Source of the DNA: Eledone cirrhosa
Taxonomy: Eukaryota
Assembly (NCBI GenBank): GCA_964016885.1
Contig: OZ024749.1
Coordinates: forward strand, 15,562,001-15,626,000
DNA: 64,000 nucleotides
Direction of reading: 5' to 3'
In this document: positions 1 through 13,266 of the stretch, one piece after another
How positions within the stretch are numbered: the stretch's first letter is position 1
How the letters are laid out: every line of letters starts with the position of its first letter
Position numbers and translations under genes: made by a program
The notes under the pieces: model-generated
What the model was told of the DNA's origin: nothing
The model's input: the letters and a program-made list of their open reading frames with translations, nothing else
The model's database searches: none

Positions 1-218
1 CTGCGTGAAAATAACCAACAATTTCACCTAAAATGGGATATAATAGTGATGCCCCCCCATATTCCAATGGACAGGAATTTTGTAAATTATGTAATGTAGA
101 ATTATTTTGTATTATGAAATCCAAAAAGATTTTATTAAACAACAGAATAGAGCGATCGTTATACTGTAACCATCGCCTAAAATCTACATTTTCATATTAT
201 AAATACTACCAGGATTGA
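1..218 (+). mobile_element. Penelope-like element relic: C-terminus of a GIY-YIG-type endonuclease, frameshifted
   Basis: Frame 1 reads LRENNQQFHLKWDII, then after a 1-nt shift SDAPPYSNGQEFCKLCNVELFCIMKSKKILLNNRIERSLYCNHR. This resembles the KWxII..A.PY....C.LC..E..I...LLN.R.E....C.H ending of invertebrate PLE ORFs. Confidence 0.6.
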
Positions 219-960
219 ACGCCTGTCTCTATCCCCGTTTGATTGTCAAAATAGATATGAACATTCTTTATTAGTCTTAATTCTATCAACTCTTCTATTA
301 TTTACCTTTTAATACAAACTGCTATAGATAAAATGAGATTTCTGATTTCTTGATTCAATTCCCTAGTGCATATACCAGCTGGCTACTAGCTTTGATGTTA
401 TTTAGTAGCAATCGAAATCTCCCCCTTCCCCAATTGACACTTTATAATTAATACTACTACACCAAATGACCAGCCCTGTCCACTGTCCAGTTGGTCAAGT
501 AGAGATTAAAATTGGCACTCCCAAAATTCTTATTTAGATTTACTCATGGTATTCTCATTAAAAACCCATTATATACTTGTCTAGCAGTAAATTATTTTAC
601 CATCTGTCATATTCTATCCCCTCTGTTCCTTCCTCTTTTACTAATATAAATACTTCAATTTTTCTGATTTTATCCAGTTTATCCAAAATCTCTGAAGAAG
701 TGACAACTGATTATACATTTGCTTTCGAATACTTGCTAACATTATATGATTACGCAAGCAGCGATACATAGGTATTCGGTCTGTTACAGAAACATATGTC
801 AATACCTAATAAATTCCTTTTTTAACAAAAGCACTTTCATTTTATATTCATCCTTTCTACATTTCTCCGGAATATAATTTATACTCGTTGAGCAAACCTG
901 CACGTACGCTGTTCATCTCTAACGTAACGATATATTATCACTACATTATTATAACCTGAA

Positions 961-1018
<58 letters not shown>

Positions 1019-1056
1019 CGACGGAATTACTTCATTTATATATATATATATATATA

Positions 1057-1344
1057 CAGGTTGGTCCCACAAAATGTATACACACCTTGATTACCTGTAC
1101 AGGTAATATTTATTAGAATGCTCCCAAAGCCTTTCCTCAAAATGTTTACATAATCTAAATAATTGTTTCTACTTTTGGCACAAGGCCAGCAATTATCCCA
1201 GGGTATTACTGGTACTTTATTTTATCGACCCAGGAAGGATGAAGGGCAAAGTTAACCTCGGCGGGATTTGAATGCATATAAAACAGAGTTTATTTTAATG
1301 CAATTTTTAAAGATTTTTTTGTGTTTACATTTTTTGGGACACTG
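1057..1344. mobile_element. Tc1/mariner-type MITE with a SINE fragment nested inside
   Basis: TA|CAGGTTGGTCCCACAAAATGTATACAC ... GTGTTTACATTTTTTGGGACACTG|TA imperfect TIRs flanked by TA; minus-strand SINE 3' half at about 1158-1273. Confidence 0.6.
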
Positions 1345-1409
<65 letters not shown>

Positions 1410-2378
1410 GAATCGCCGGAATTTGGTTGTTATTTCTAACAGGTCAAGCGACCGCATAGATCAATGGTTCACTTCACCACCACCACCATACACCCCCCTG
1501 CCCCTATACACCACCATAGTTTTCACTACCACAGAAAAGACCATTTAATTCAATTTAATTTTCCCACGCCATGCCCCAACCCCTACTATAATTATACTGC
1601 CCCCTCTCTTCTCTATTAAACTGTTATAGGGCGAGATAAGATTAACGACTGAAGGAGAGAGAGAGAGAGAGACTTAGAGAGGGAGAGACTTAGAGAAGGC
1701 TGGCTAACCAATAGCGTATGTAATGGGTGTATTGTTTACATCAAACTACCTGTAATTTTTCACCTTACCTCACGTAATACCTTTGTGAACCTTACCCCCA
1801 GGGGCCCACAGACCCTATGTTAGGGACTGTTAGTATAGAGGCCCTCTTTCACGGCTTTGTTGCTATTGTAAATAGTGAGTGGTGGTGAAAGTGGAGACAG
1901 CAATAACCTGTAAGTCTCCCTCTCTCTCTATCCATCTCTTGCGCTATCCTAAATCAATCTCTTTCTCTCTCTATAGCTCTCTCCCTCCTTTCTCTATTTG
2001 TTGTTCAAAGCTTCACAATCACACAGGTAGATGTCAGTTTGATCGTGTCACATGACCAGTGCTTTTCTATGGGCCACCACAGGTAAACTAATTAGGTCAG
2101 GTACAGCTAGGCCTCGTCACGTCAACTCAGTTTGATAAGAAGAAAAAGAAACGATTTTTTTTTATTTTCTATATATCTCTATGTAGCCAAGCCTTGCCTT
2201 GACAAACACACCTTAATAGACAATACATGTACAGATCCTGATATATAATTCATATATACATATATACATACTTTTTTACGTGATCAAGCCGACTTTATTT
2301 TATATCCGACCTAACGTTTTACACACACACACACATATATACATAGATCTCTATAAATACAAATATATATATATATAT

Positions 2379-2439
<61 letters not shown>

Positions 2440-2460
2440 TATATACAAATATATATATAT

Positions 2461-2540
<80 letters not shown>

Positions 2541-2579
2541 ATATATATATATATATATATATACATACATATGTATTTC

Positions 2580-2715
2580 CGTTGCTACCTCATATCAGAC
2601 CATCATATCACGGATCTAACAGGTGCGAGCCGAACTAAACAGACCAGTTCAACTTTGAAATTAAATAAAAAAAAAAAACACAACACAAAACACTTGATAT
2701 GTTTTGACATCTCAG
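2580..2715 (+). other. Candidate non-coding 5' UTR exon of the bark-like gene
   Basis: Unique sequence ending in a consensus donor CAG|GTAAGG at 2715/2716. Coding exon 1 has an acceptor, so an upstream exon is implied. Start coordinate is uncertain. Confidence 0.35.
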
Positions 2716-2765
2716 GTAAGGAGAGAACTATTTCTTTTTAGGTGTTGCTTGCTGGCTGGTGTGTG

Positions 2766-2818
<53 letters not shown>

Positions 2819-2822
<4 letters not shown>

Positions 2823-2932
2823 AAAATGTATGACCCCGACGGCAGAGCTCAAGCCGTTTCGACGGCTATTTCTGGACTGAAATAGCCGTCGAAATGGCTT
2901 GAACTCTGCCGTCGGTGCCATACATTTTCCTA
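2819..2932. repeat. GC-rich fold-back palindrome (52-bp arms, 6-nt loop) at the end of a (TA)n tract
   Basis: ggaaaatgtatg...cggctatttc / gaaatagccg...catacattttcc with about 4 mismatches. Confidence 0.85.
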
Positions 2933-3149
2933 TTACCCACTCTACTATCCTAAGTATTGAGTACTCTGGTGCGTTATGGTCCATCTGGTTCCTTACCACA
3001 ACTCCTTCGTTATATGTATATATATATATACATCTTTGGCCTACAAATTTGTTGCTTATATATATATATATTTATATGGTTAGTTTCACGGTTAAGGGTG
3101 AAAGCAGCGATTCTTTGCTTAAACTTTAATCTGTTATTTTAATAAATAA

Positions 3150-3240
<91 letters not shown>

Positions 3241-3417
3241 CCTTGCCTTTCAAATTTGTAGTTTTTCTGATGATTGTTTTCGAATGAAACAGTTCTAGTG
3301 CTGTAGAAGTCATTTCTATTTTAAATATTGTATATACTCTAGTATGTATTGAGTACGTTACTTACTGTGGTTACCCCCCCCCCCCCATATATATCCTTGC
3401 CCTTCTAATGAGTATCT

Positions 3418-3467
<50 letters not shown>

Positions 3468-3599
3468 TCGGTTGTATGTTTGACAGTATTAGTTACTCAA
3501 CCAACCATATGAGGAAGAACTGGGCCAACAGCTGAATGTGTTGTGTCCTTTTAAACAACAAACACAACACCCCTACTACTACGACTACTACTACTAATG

Positions 3600-3782
3600 A
3601 TAATTGTTTCTACTTTTGGCACAAGGCCAGCAATTATCTCAGTGCATTACTGGTACTTTATTTTATCGACCCCGTAAGGATGAAAGGCAAAGTTAACCTC
3701 TGCGGGATTTGAACTCAGAATGGCAAGGGCCGTAACACTATGCGTCAAAGCATGACGTCCGACTCTCTACCGATACTGCCAA
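3600..3782 (-). mobile_element. tRNA-derived SINE (family A)
   Basis: Reverse complement of the copy at 4472-4664, with B-box GAGTTCAAATCC and body ...gtcgataaaataaagtaccagt...ggccttgtgccaaaagtagaaac. Confidence 0.75.
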
Positions 3783-4471
3783 TAATGCTTTCTTTATTAA
3801 CCACAAGGGTTGACATAAAGTATAACATTAAGGACGGTACAATTGGGCATTTCTGCGTGTAAAGAAAAAAATCAATAAAAAAAGGAAGTAACAAAAAAAA
3901 AAAATGAAAGAAAAGAAAATTCCCCAATACGGGGGAGACCTCCGAGGGTCACTCGTGGTGAAAGCCCACAAAAAGCCTCGGTGACCCTGTCCACCAGATT
4001 AACATGTATCAGTAATATTTCTTTTACCAGTCAATTACTGGGAGGAGATTTAATCCATTTCTTACCTACAGAGTATATCTTATATAAAATCACTGATTTT
4101 CAAATGATTTTGAAAGTAATCAACCATTGAGAAAGATTTAGCAATATAACTAACTATATCTTTATTAAGCTGGTGTTTGAAACATAACTTTACAAAGGTT
4201 TTTATATAAAATTATGATGGCAGGTTTGTACATAAAAATAAACATTTTAAAAGAAACAGCTTTGTAACATACAATCGAGGGAGTACGTTTTAGGGTGGTT
4301 TGGTATCAAGTGTTAACCGACTTTCACCTCACCCCAAATACTTGGCCTTGTGTTTAAATCAGAAAGTATTATTTTTTTAAATTATTACCATTATTATTAA
4401 ACACACTGGTGACGATTTACTCGACTTTGCACTCACTCCAAATTGTTGGCCTAAATCAGAAACCATTATTT

Positions 4472-4664
4472 AGGGCGGTCGATTAGCAGCATCGGTAGAG
4501 GGTCGGACACCAAGATTTCTAGCATAGTTACGTCCCTTGTCATTCTGAGTTCAAATCCCGCCGAGGTTAACTTTGTCTTTCATCCTTACGGGGTCGATAA
4601 AATAAAGTACCAGTAATGTACTGGGGTAATTGCTGGCCTTGTGCCAAAAGTAGAAACAATTATT
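4472..4664 (+). mobile_element. tRNA-derived SINE (family A), full length
   Basis: A-box-like TAGCAGCATCGG, B-box GAGTTCAAATCC, ATT-type tail; more than 10 related copies in the window. Confidence 0.8.
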
Positions 4665-4716
4665 TAGGGCAGAGGATTAGCGGTATTGGTAGAGTGTCTG
4701 ACAACATGCTTTAAAA

Positions 4717-7700
4717 CAGGTGGCTCATGGGCCACAATCCGGCCCGCTGACCAGTCAGAGGGGCCCGCGATGACCGTTTTTAATTTTTACCTTGTAGGCT
4801 TATTTAGAATTTTTTTTGTAACCGTAATACAATTTTCTGTTAGTTGACCTATACTAAAGGGCTTCACTGATAGGGTTACAAGTGTTATAATTTCCCAGTT
4901 AACTTATACTAAAGGGCTTCACTGATAGGGTTACAAGTGTTATAATTTCCCAGTTAACTTATACTAAAGGGCTTCACTGATAGGGTTACAAGTGTTATAA
5001 TTTCCCAGTTAACTTATACTAAAGGGCTTCACTGATAGGGTTACAAGTGTTATAATTTCCCAGTTAACTTATACTAAAGGGCTTCACTGATAGGGTTACA
5101 CGTGTTATAATTTCCCAGTTAACTTATACTAAAGGGCTTCACTGATAGGGTTACAAGTGTTATAATTTCCCAGTTAACTTATACTAAAGGGCTTCACTGA
5201 TAGGGTTACAAGTGTTATAATTTCCCAGTTAACTTATACTAAAGGGCTTCACTGATAGGGTTACACGTGTTATAATTTCCCAGTTAACTTATACTAAAGG
5301 GCTTCACTGATAGGGTTACAAGTGTTATAATTTCCCAGTTAACTTATACTAAAGGGCTTCACTGATAGGGTTACACGTGTTATAATTTCCCAGTTAACTT
5401 ATACTAAAGGGCTTCACTGATAGGGTTATAAGTGTTATAATTTCCCAGTTAACTTATACTAAAGGGCTTCACTGATAGGGTTATAAGTGTTATAATTTCC
5501 CAGTTAACTTATACTAAAGGGCTTCACTAATAGGGTTACAAGTGTTATAATTTCCCAGTTAACCTATACTAAAGGGCTTCACTGATAGGGTTACAAGTGT
5601 TATAATTTCCCAGTTAACTTATACTAAAGGGCTTCACTGATAGGGTTATAAGTGTTATAATTTCCCAGTTAACTTATACTAAAGGGCTTCACTAATAGGG
5701 TTACAAGTGTTATAATTTCCCAGTTAACCTATACTAAAGGGCTTCACTGATAGGGTTACAAGTGTTATAATTTCCCAGTTAACTTATACTAAAGGGCTTC
5801 ACTGATAGGGTTACAAGTGTTATAATTTCCCAGTTAACTTATACTAAAGGGCTTCACTGATAGGGTTACAAGTGTTATAATTTCCCAGTTAACTTATACT
5901 AAAGGGCTTCACTGATAGGGTTACAAGTGTTATAATTTCCCAGTTAACTTATACTAAAGGGCTTCACTGATAGGGTTACAAGTGTTATAATTTCCCAGTT
6001 AACTTATACTAAAGGGCTTCACTGATAGGGTTACAAGTGTTATAATTTCCCAGTTAACTTATACTAAAGGGCTTCACTGATAGGGTTACAAGTGTTATAA
6101 TTTCCCAGTTAACTTATACTAAAGGGCTTCACTGATAGGGTTACAAGTGTTATAATTTCCCAGTTAACTTATACTAAAGGGCTTCACTGATAGGGTTACA
6201 AGTGTTATAATTTCCCAGTTGACCTATACTAAAGGGCTTCACTGATAGGGTTACAAGTGTTATAATTTCCCAGTTAACCTATACTAAAGGGCTTCACTGA
6301 TAGGGTTACAAGTGTTATAATTTCCCAGTTAACCTATACTAAAGGGCTTCACTGATAGGGTTACAAGTGTTATAATTTCCCAGTTAACTTATACTAAAGG
6401 GCTTCACTGATAGGGTTACAAGTGTTATAATTTCCCAGTTAACTTATACTAAAGGGCTTCACTGATAGGGTTACAAGTGTTATAATTTCCCAGTTGACCT
6501 ATACTAAAGGGCTTCACTGATAGGGTTACACGTGTTATAATTTCCCAGTTAACTTATACTAAAGGGCTTCACTGATAAGGTTACAAGTGTTATAATTTCC
6601 CAGTTGACCTATACTAAAGGGCTTCACTGATAAGGTTACAAGTGTTATAATTTCCCAGTTAACTTATACTAAAGGGCTTCACTGATAGGGTTACAAGTGT
6701 TATAATTTCCCAGTTAACTTATACTAAAGGGCTTCACTGATAGGGTTACAAGTGTTATAATTTCCCAGTTAACTTATACTAAAGGGCTTCACTGATAGGG
6801 TTACAAGTGTTATAATTTCCCAGTTAACTTATACTAAAGGGCTTCACTGAAAGGGTTACAAGTGTTATAATTTCCCAGTTAACTTATACTAAAGGGCTTC
6901 ACTGATAGGGTTACAAGTGTTATAATTTCCCAGTTAACTTATACTAAAGGGCTTCACTGATAGGGTTACAAGTGTTATAATTTCCCAGTTAACTTATACT
7001 AAAGGGCTTCACTGATAGGGTTACAAGTGTTATAATTTCCCAGTTAACTTATACTAAAGGGCTTCACTGATAAGGTTACAAGTGTTATAATTTCCCAGTT
7101 AACTTATACTAAAGGGCTTCACTGATAGGGTTACAAGTGTTATAATTTCCCAGTTAACTTATACTAAAGGGCTTCACTGATAGGGTTACAAGTGTTATAA
7201 TTTCCCAGTTAACTTATACTAAAGGGCTTCACTGATAGGGTTACAAGTGTTATAATTTCCCAGTTAACTTATACTAAAGGGCTTCACTGATAGGGTTACA
7301 AGTGTTATAATTTCCCAGTTAACTTATACTAAAGGGCTTCACTGAAAGGGTTACAAGTGTTATAATTTCCCAGTTAACTTATACTAAAGGGCTTCACTGA
7401 TAGGGTTACAAGTGTTATAATTTCCCAGTTAACTTATACTAAAGGGCTTCACTGATAGGGTTACAAGTGTTATAATTTCCCAGTTAACTTATACTAAAGG
7501 GCTTCACTGATAGGGTTACAAGTGTTATAATTTCCCAGTTAACTTATACTAAAGGGCTTCACTGATAGGGTTACAAGTGTTATAATTTCCCAGTTAACTT
7601 ATACTAAAGGGCTTCACTGATAGGGTTACAAGTGTTATAATTTCCCAGTTCCATATTATGGAAAGAAGTTGTGGTGAATCTTTGGAATAGTGCTTAATAA

Positions 7701-7771
7701 ATATTAATGGCCCTAATAGTTGTTCCAATGTTCCAAAGTGGTCCGCCAAGGGAATATGTTGCACACCCCTG
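4717..7771. mobile_element. hAT (Charlie/Buster-like) non-autonomous element inserted in a SINE and carrying a minisatellite
   Basis: Perfect 8-bp TSD CTTTAAAA (4709-4716 and 7772-7779); termini CAGG... and ...GCACACCCCTG; GGCCCGC subterminal motifs; SINE 5' part at 4666-4708 resumes at 7780. Confidence 0.8.
4842..7650. repeat. 55-bp minisatellite, about 51 copies
   Basis: Unit cagttaacttatactaaagggcttcactgatagggttacaagtgttataatttcc, nearly invariant. Confidence 0.97.
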
Positions 7772-8243
7772 CTTTAAAACATATAGTTACGTCTATTGAC
7801 GTTCTGAGTTCAATTCCCGCTGTCGATAAAATAAAGTACCAGTAATGCACTGGGGTTGATTTAATTGAAACAAAAAAAACAAAAACAAACAAAAAAAATT
7901 GCTGGCCTTGTGCTTAAATCAGAAAGCATTATTATTATAATGAGTGGTGTGAAAGTTGTAAATTTACGAACAATTGGTGACTGTGGTCAAACTGTCGCCT
8001 TCTTGATAAGTAACCCAGTTAGAGGAAATATATACATATATGTATCTATATCTATCTACATATATATATATCTGTGTGTGTGAATATATATATATATATA
8101 TATGTGTGTGTGTAGTGTACTTATATATATATATACATATGTGTGTGTGTAGTGTACATATATATATATACACATATATATATATATACACATATATATA
8201 TATACATATATATACACGTATATATATATACATATATATATAC

Positions 8244-8290
<47 letters not shown>

Positions 8291-8303
8291 CATATATATA
8301 TAC

Positions 8304-8384
<81 letters not shown>

Positions 8385-8415
8385 CATATATATATATACA
8401 TATCCATACATATAC

Positions 8416-8476
<61 letters not shown>

Positions 8477-8624
8477 GATTTAGAGTTTATGTTGGTTGTA
8501 TACCAACACCTCAGTATGCAGGCTGGAGCACTCGACGAAGTGCGCAGGTTGGTTTGGTTACTCCGGAGTAGTGTAAAATAAAGTTAAATAAAAGTCAAAT
8601 GATTAAAATTTAGCTTCGTTTATT

Positions 8625-8679
8625 ACTGCTATATATATTTCAGTGACAGCCATCTTTGGCTGTGACCTCTTCAGGCAGT
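8625..8679 (-). ncRNA. Minimal type I hammerhead ribozyme motif
   Basis: Minus strand ACTGC-CTGAAGA-GGTCACAGCC aaagat GGCTGTCACT-GAAA-TATATATA-GCAGT; stems I and II pair. Confidence 0.7.
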
Positions 8680-8790
8680 TTGAATTAGTATGGTATAGAC
8701 AAGTACATATGTTGTTTAGGTGTATGATATTGTCAATACTCTGATATGCCCAGTTCCTTGTTGGGTTGTTAATTCACTGGGGAACTGGAG

Positions 8791-9035
<245 letters not shown>

Positions 9036-9076
9036 TACATATATACATATATATGTATATATATATATATATATAT

Positions 9077-9121
<45 letters not shown>

Positions 9122-9160
9122 TACATATATGTATATATATATATATATATATATACATAT

Positions 9161-9245
<85 letters not shown>

Positions 9246-9250
9246 CATAC

Positions 9251-9319
<69 letters not shown>

Positions 9320-9340
9320 CATATATACATATATATATAT

Positions 9341-9429
<89 letters not shown>

Positions 9430-9502
9430 TATACATATACATATATATATATATACATATATATATACATATATATATACATATATATATGTACATATAT
9501 AT

Positions 9503-10790
9503 ATGACATTTTGAGAGCCTTGGGAGAGGGTTCCAACACTGATGTTATCTACCTTGATTTCAGCAAGGCCTTTGACAGGGTTGATCATAACATTCTACTG
9601 AGAAAGCTCTCCAATATTGGTGTCACTGGAAAGCTGCTGCAGTGGATCAAGAGCTTCCTGTCAAATAGAACCCAACATGTTGTAGTTGAAGGAGTCAAAT
9701 CCAGCCCAGCCAAAGTCAGTAGTGGGGTCCCACAAGGCAGTGTGTTGGGCCCACTTCTCTTCATCATCTATATTAATGACATCACTGACATCATCAAACA
9801 CAGCAACATTAAAATTTTCACTGATGATTCCAAGCTCCAAAAGGTCATCAATGGCGTGGATGACCGGATAAGCCTTCAGTCAGACCTACTGGCTGTTACC
9901 CAATGGGCGGAAAAGAACAACATGTTACTGAACGAAGACAAATTCGAACTGATCCACTTTGGAAAAGAGGATGCTCTGAAACTCCCGTACTCCCTTCCCT
10001 CCGGGGAAACTCTCGTGGCATCTAACAACATCAGAGACTTGGGAGTAACCGTGGACAGCAACATAAGCTGGACCACGCATATAAGCAGCAAAGTTGACAT
10101 GGCCCGCAGAATGTGTTCCTGGATCCTCAGAACCTTCCAGTCGAGAGATTCCCACACCATTATCCTTCTCTTCTCTACTTTCGCCCGACCACACCTTGAA
10201 TACTGTTGTCCACTGTGGTCTCCCCACACGAAACAAAGTATCATGAAACTTGAAGCTCCTCAAAGGGCAATCACGAAAAAGATAGATGGCATGTCAGACC
10301 TTGACTACTGGGGTCGATTAGAAAACCTGAAACTTTACTCACTCCAACGTCGCCGTGAGCGTTATATTATCTGCATGATGTGGAAAATGTTCCATCATCA
10401 CTGCCCAAATGATGTTGGCATCGCCTTCAAGATACACCCAAGGCTTGGGCCCCGTACTATCCGTCCCATTCAAAAATCTAAATCGCAACTCATAACAACA
10501 ATACGGCACAATTATTTCACCTCAATCGGCCCTGCTCTCTTCAACATCACACCAGGACACGTCAAAACAGAAACTGACCACACAAAATTCAAGAAGTCTT
10601 TGGACAAATTCCTCCAAGTAATCCCGGACAAACCACCCACACCCGGATATGTCTCCGCAAACAGTAATTCTCTTCTCGAATGGGCCATGGTGCCCAAATC
10701 CTGAATTGAAAGACTTCGCCAGGTGGTGCTATTAAGTTAGACATGGCCTGGGCCAATACTGGCCAAAACATTTCAAAGTTATTCAAAGTT
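9503..10790 (+). mobile_element. 5'-truncated non-LTR retrotransposon (CR1/L2-group RT C-terminal half plus 3' UTR) in a (TA)n tract
   Basis: ORF 9511-10704 with [60 protein letters not shown]; tail repeat ttcaaagtta/ttcaaagtt. Confidence 0.93.
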
Positions 10791-10878
10791 ATACATATAT
10801 ATATATACATATATATATGTACATATATATATACATGTATATATATATACATATATATATATACATATATATATATAC

Positions 10879-10909
<31 letters not shown>

Positions 10910-11141
10910 CATATATATATTTATATATACATATTTATATATACATATATTTATATATACATATATATATTTATATATACATATTTATATATGTATATAT
11001 ATATGTATATATATATGTATATATATATATGTATATATATATATGTATATATATATGTATATGTATATATATATGTATATATATATATGTATATATATAT
11101 GTATATATATATATGTATATATATATATGTATATATATATG

Positions 11142-11248
<107 letters not shown>

Positions 11249-11319
11249 GTATATATATATGTATATATATATATATATGTATATGTATATGTATATGTAT
11301 ATATATGTATATATATATG

Positions 11320-11372
<53 letters not shown>

Positions 11373-11459
11373 GTATATATATATGTATATGTATATATAT
11401 ATGTATATATATATGTGTATATATATATATATATGTATATGTATATATATATGTATATA

Positions 11460-11606
<147 letters not shown>

Positions 11607-11611
11607 GTATA

Positions 11612-11661
<50 letters not shown>

Positions 11662-11685
11662 TGTATATATATGTATATATATATG

Positions 11686-11725
<40 letters not shown>

Positions 11726-11740
11726 TGTATATATATGTAT

Positions 11741-12014
11741 ATCATCATCATCATCATCATCATCACCGTTTTACGTCCGTTCTTCCACGCTAGCATGGGT
11801 TAGACGGGTTGTCCTGTTGTGGGCAGTGTCTGGTCGGCTGACCATGCCTTGCTCATACAGGAACTGATCTGGCTTGATTTCTACAGCTGGATGCCCTTCC
11901 TAACACCAACCTCATTTACAGTGAGTGCTGGGTGCTTTTTCGTGGCGCCTACACGTCCACTTTACAGTGTGGGCTGGGTGCTTTTTTGCCGTGGCACCTC
12001 CACGACCACCTTGC

Positions 12015-12017
<3 letters not shown>
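11741..12017 (+). mobile_element. Dispersed repeat family B ((CAT)n-cgtttaacgtcc...ggatgcccttcctaac...ttacagtg)
   Basis: Related copies near 16528, 19425, 19900, 27152 (minus), 56110, 56755 and 57355; class (probably a SINE) not established. Confidence 0.65.
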
Positions 12018-12107
<90 letters not shown>

Positions 12108-12118
12108 GTATATATATG

Positions 12119-12286
<168 letters not shown>

Positions 12287-12370
12287 CATATATATATACA
12301 TATATATATATATACATATATATATACATATATATATATACATATATATATACATATGTATATATATATG

Positions 12371-12425
<55 letters not shown>

Positions 12426-12476
12426 GTGTATATATATATATATATGCATATATATATATATATATGTATATATATG

Positions 12477-12573
<97 letters not shown>

Positions 12574-13018
12574 AACTTAGCAGTTTATCGTTTACTTATT
12601 TCACACTTATTGTCATGTAAAACATTTTAAAAGCAAAACCACAATGAGAACCTGAACTATTTATATATACATACACACATACATATATACATACACAATA
12701 TATACACATATAATATATATACATATATGCACACATACATACACACATACATATATGTTTATATACATACATATATATATGCACACACACACATATATAT
12801 ACATATATATATGCACACACACACATATATATATATACATATATATATGCACGCACACACACACAAATATATATATATATATAAGTAGAAGGGGTATTTA
12901 ATTTGTTGGAAGTCCGACAAATATAAATGTTTATAACTGATTTAGAGCACTCAACAGTAACTGGAGTAAATATTCAATGATATTAAATAAATGGAAACTA
13001 TATTTATAAAATCATATT

Positions 13019-13081
13019 TATTTTATTATATATATTTCAAGGGTACCAAGACACATTGATACGCTTTCCTCAGATAAAATA
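13019..13081 (-). ncRNA. Minimal type I hammerhead ribozyme motif
   Basis: TATTTTAT-CTGAGGA-AAGCGTATCAA..TTGGTACCCTT-GAAA-TATATATA-ATAAAATA. Confidence 0.65.
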
Positions 13082-13203
13082 CAAAGTTTGTTTTATAAAT
13101 AGAGACATACCAATGAAAATCATACCTTATCGGTATCCAGAGAATATCCAACCGATAAGTTATGATTTTCATGGGTATGTCTCTATTTATAAAACAAACT
13201 TTG

Positions 13204-13266
13204 TATTTTATCTGAGGAAAGCGTACCAATGTGTTTTGGTACCCTTGAAATATATATAATAAAATA
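13204..13266 (+). ncRNA. Minimal type I hammerhead ribozyme motif
   Basis: TATTTTAT-CTGAGGA-AAGCGTACCAA tgtgtt TTGGTACCCTT-GAAA-TATATATA-ATAAAATA. Confidence 0.7.

Noticed and set aside
3262-3300. CTGATGA...GAAAC hammerhead candidate
   Set aside because: I could not build consistent stems I and II around the core.
4472-4570. tRNA gene (A and B boxes)
   Set aside because: No cloverleaf; it continues into a SINE body found in many copies.
13026-13259. Two near-identical 67-aa ORFs on opposite strands
   Set aside because: A by-product of the DNA palindrome; no coding features.
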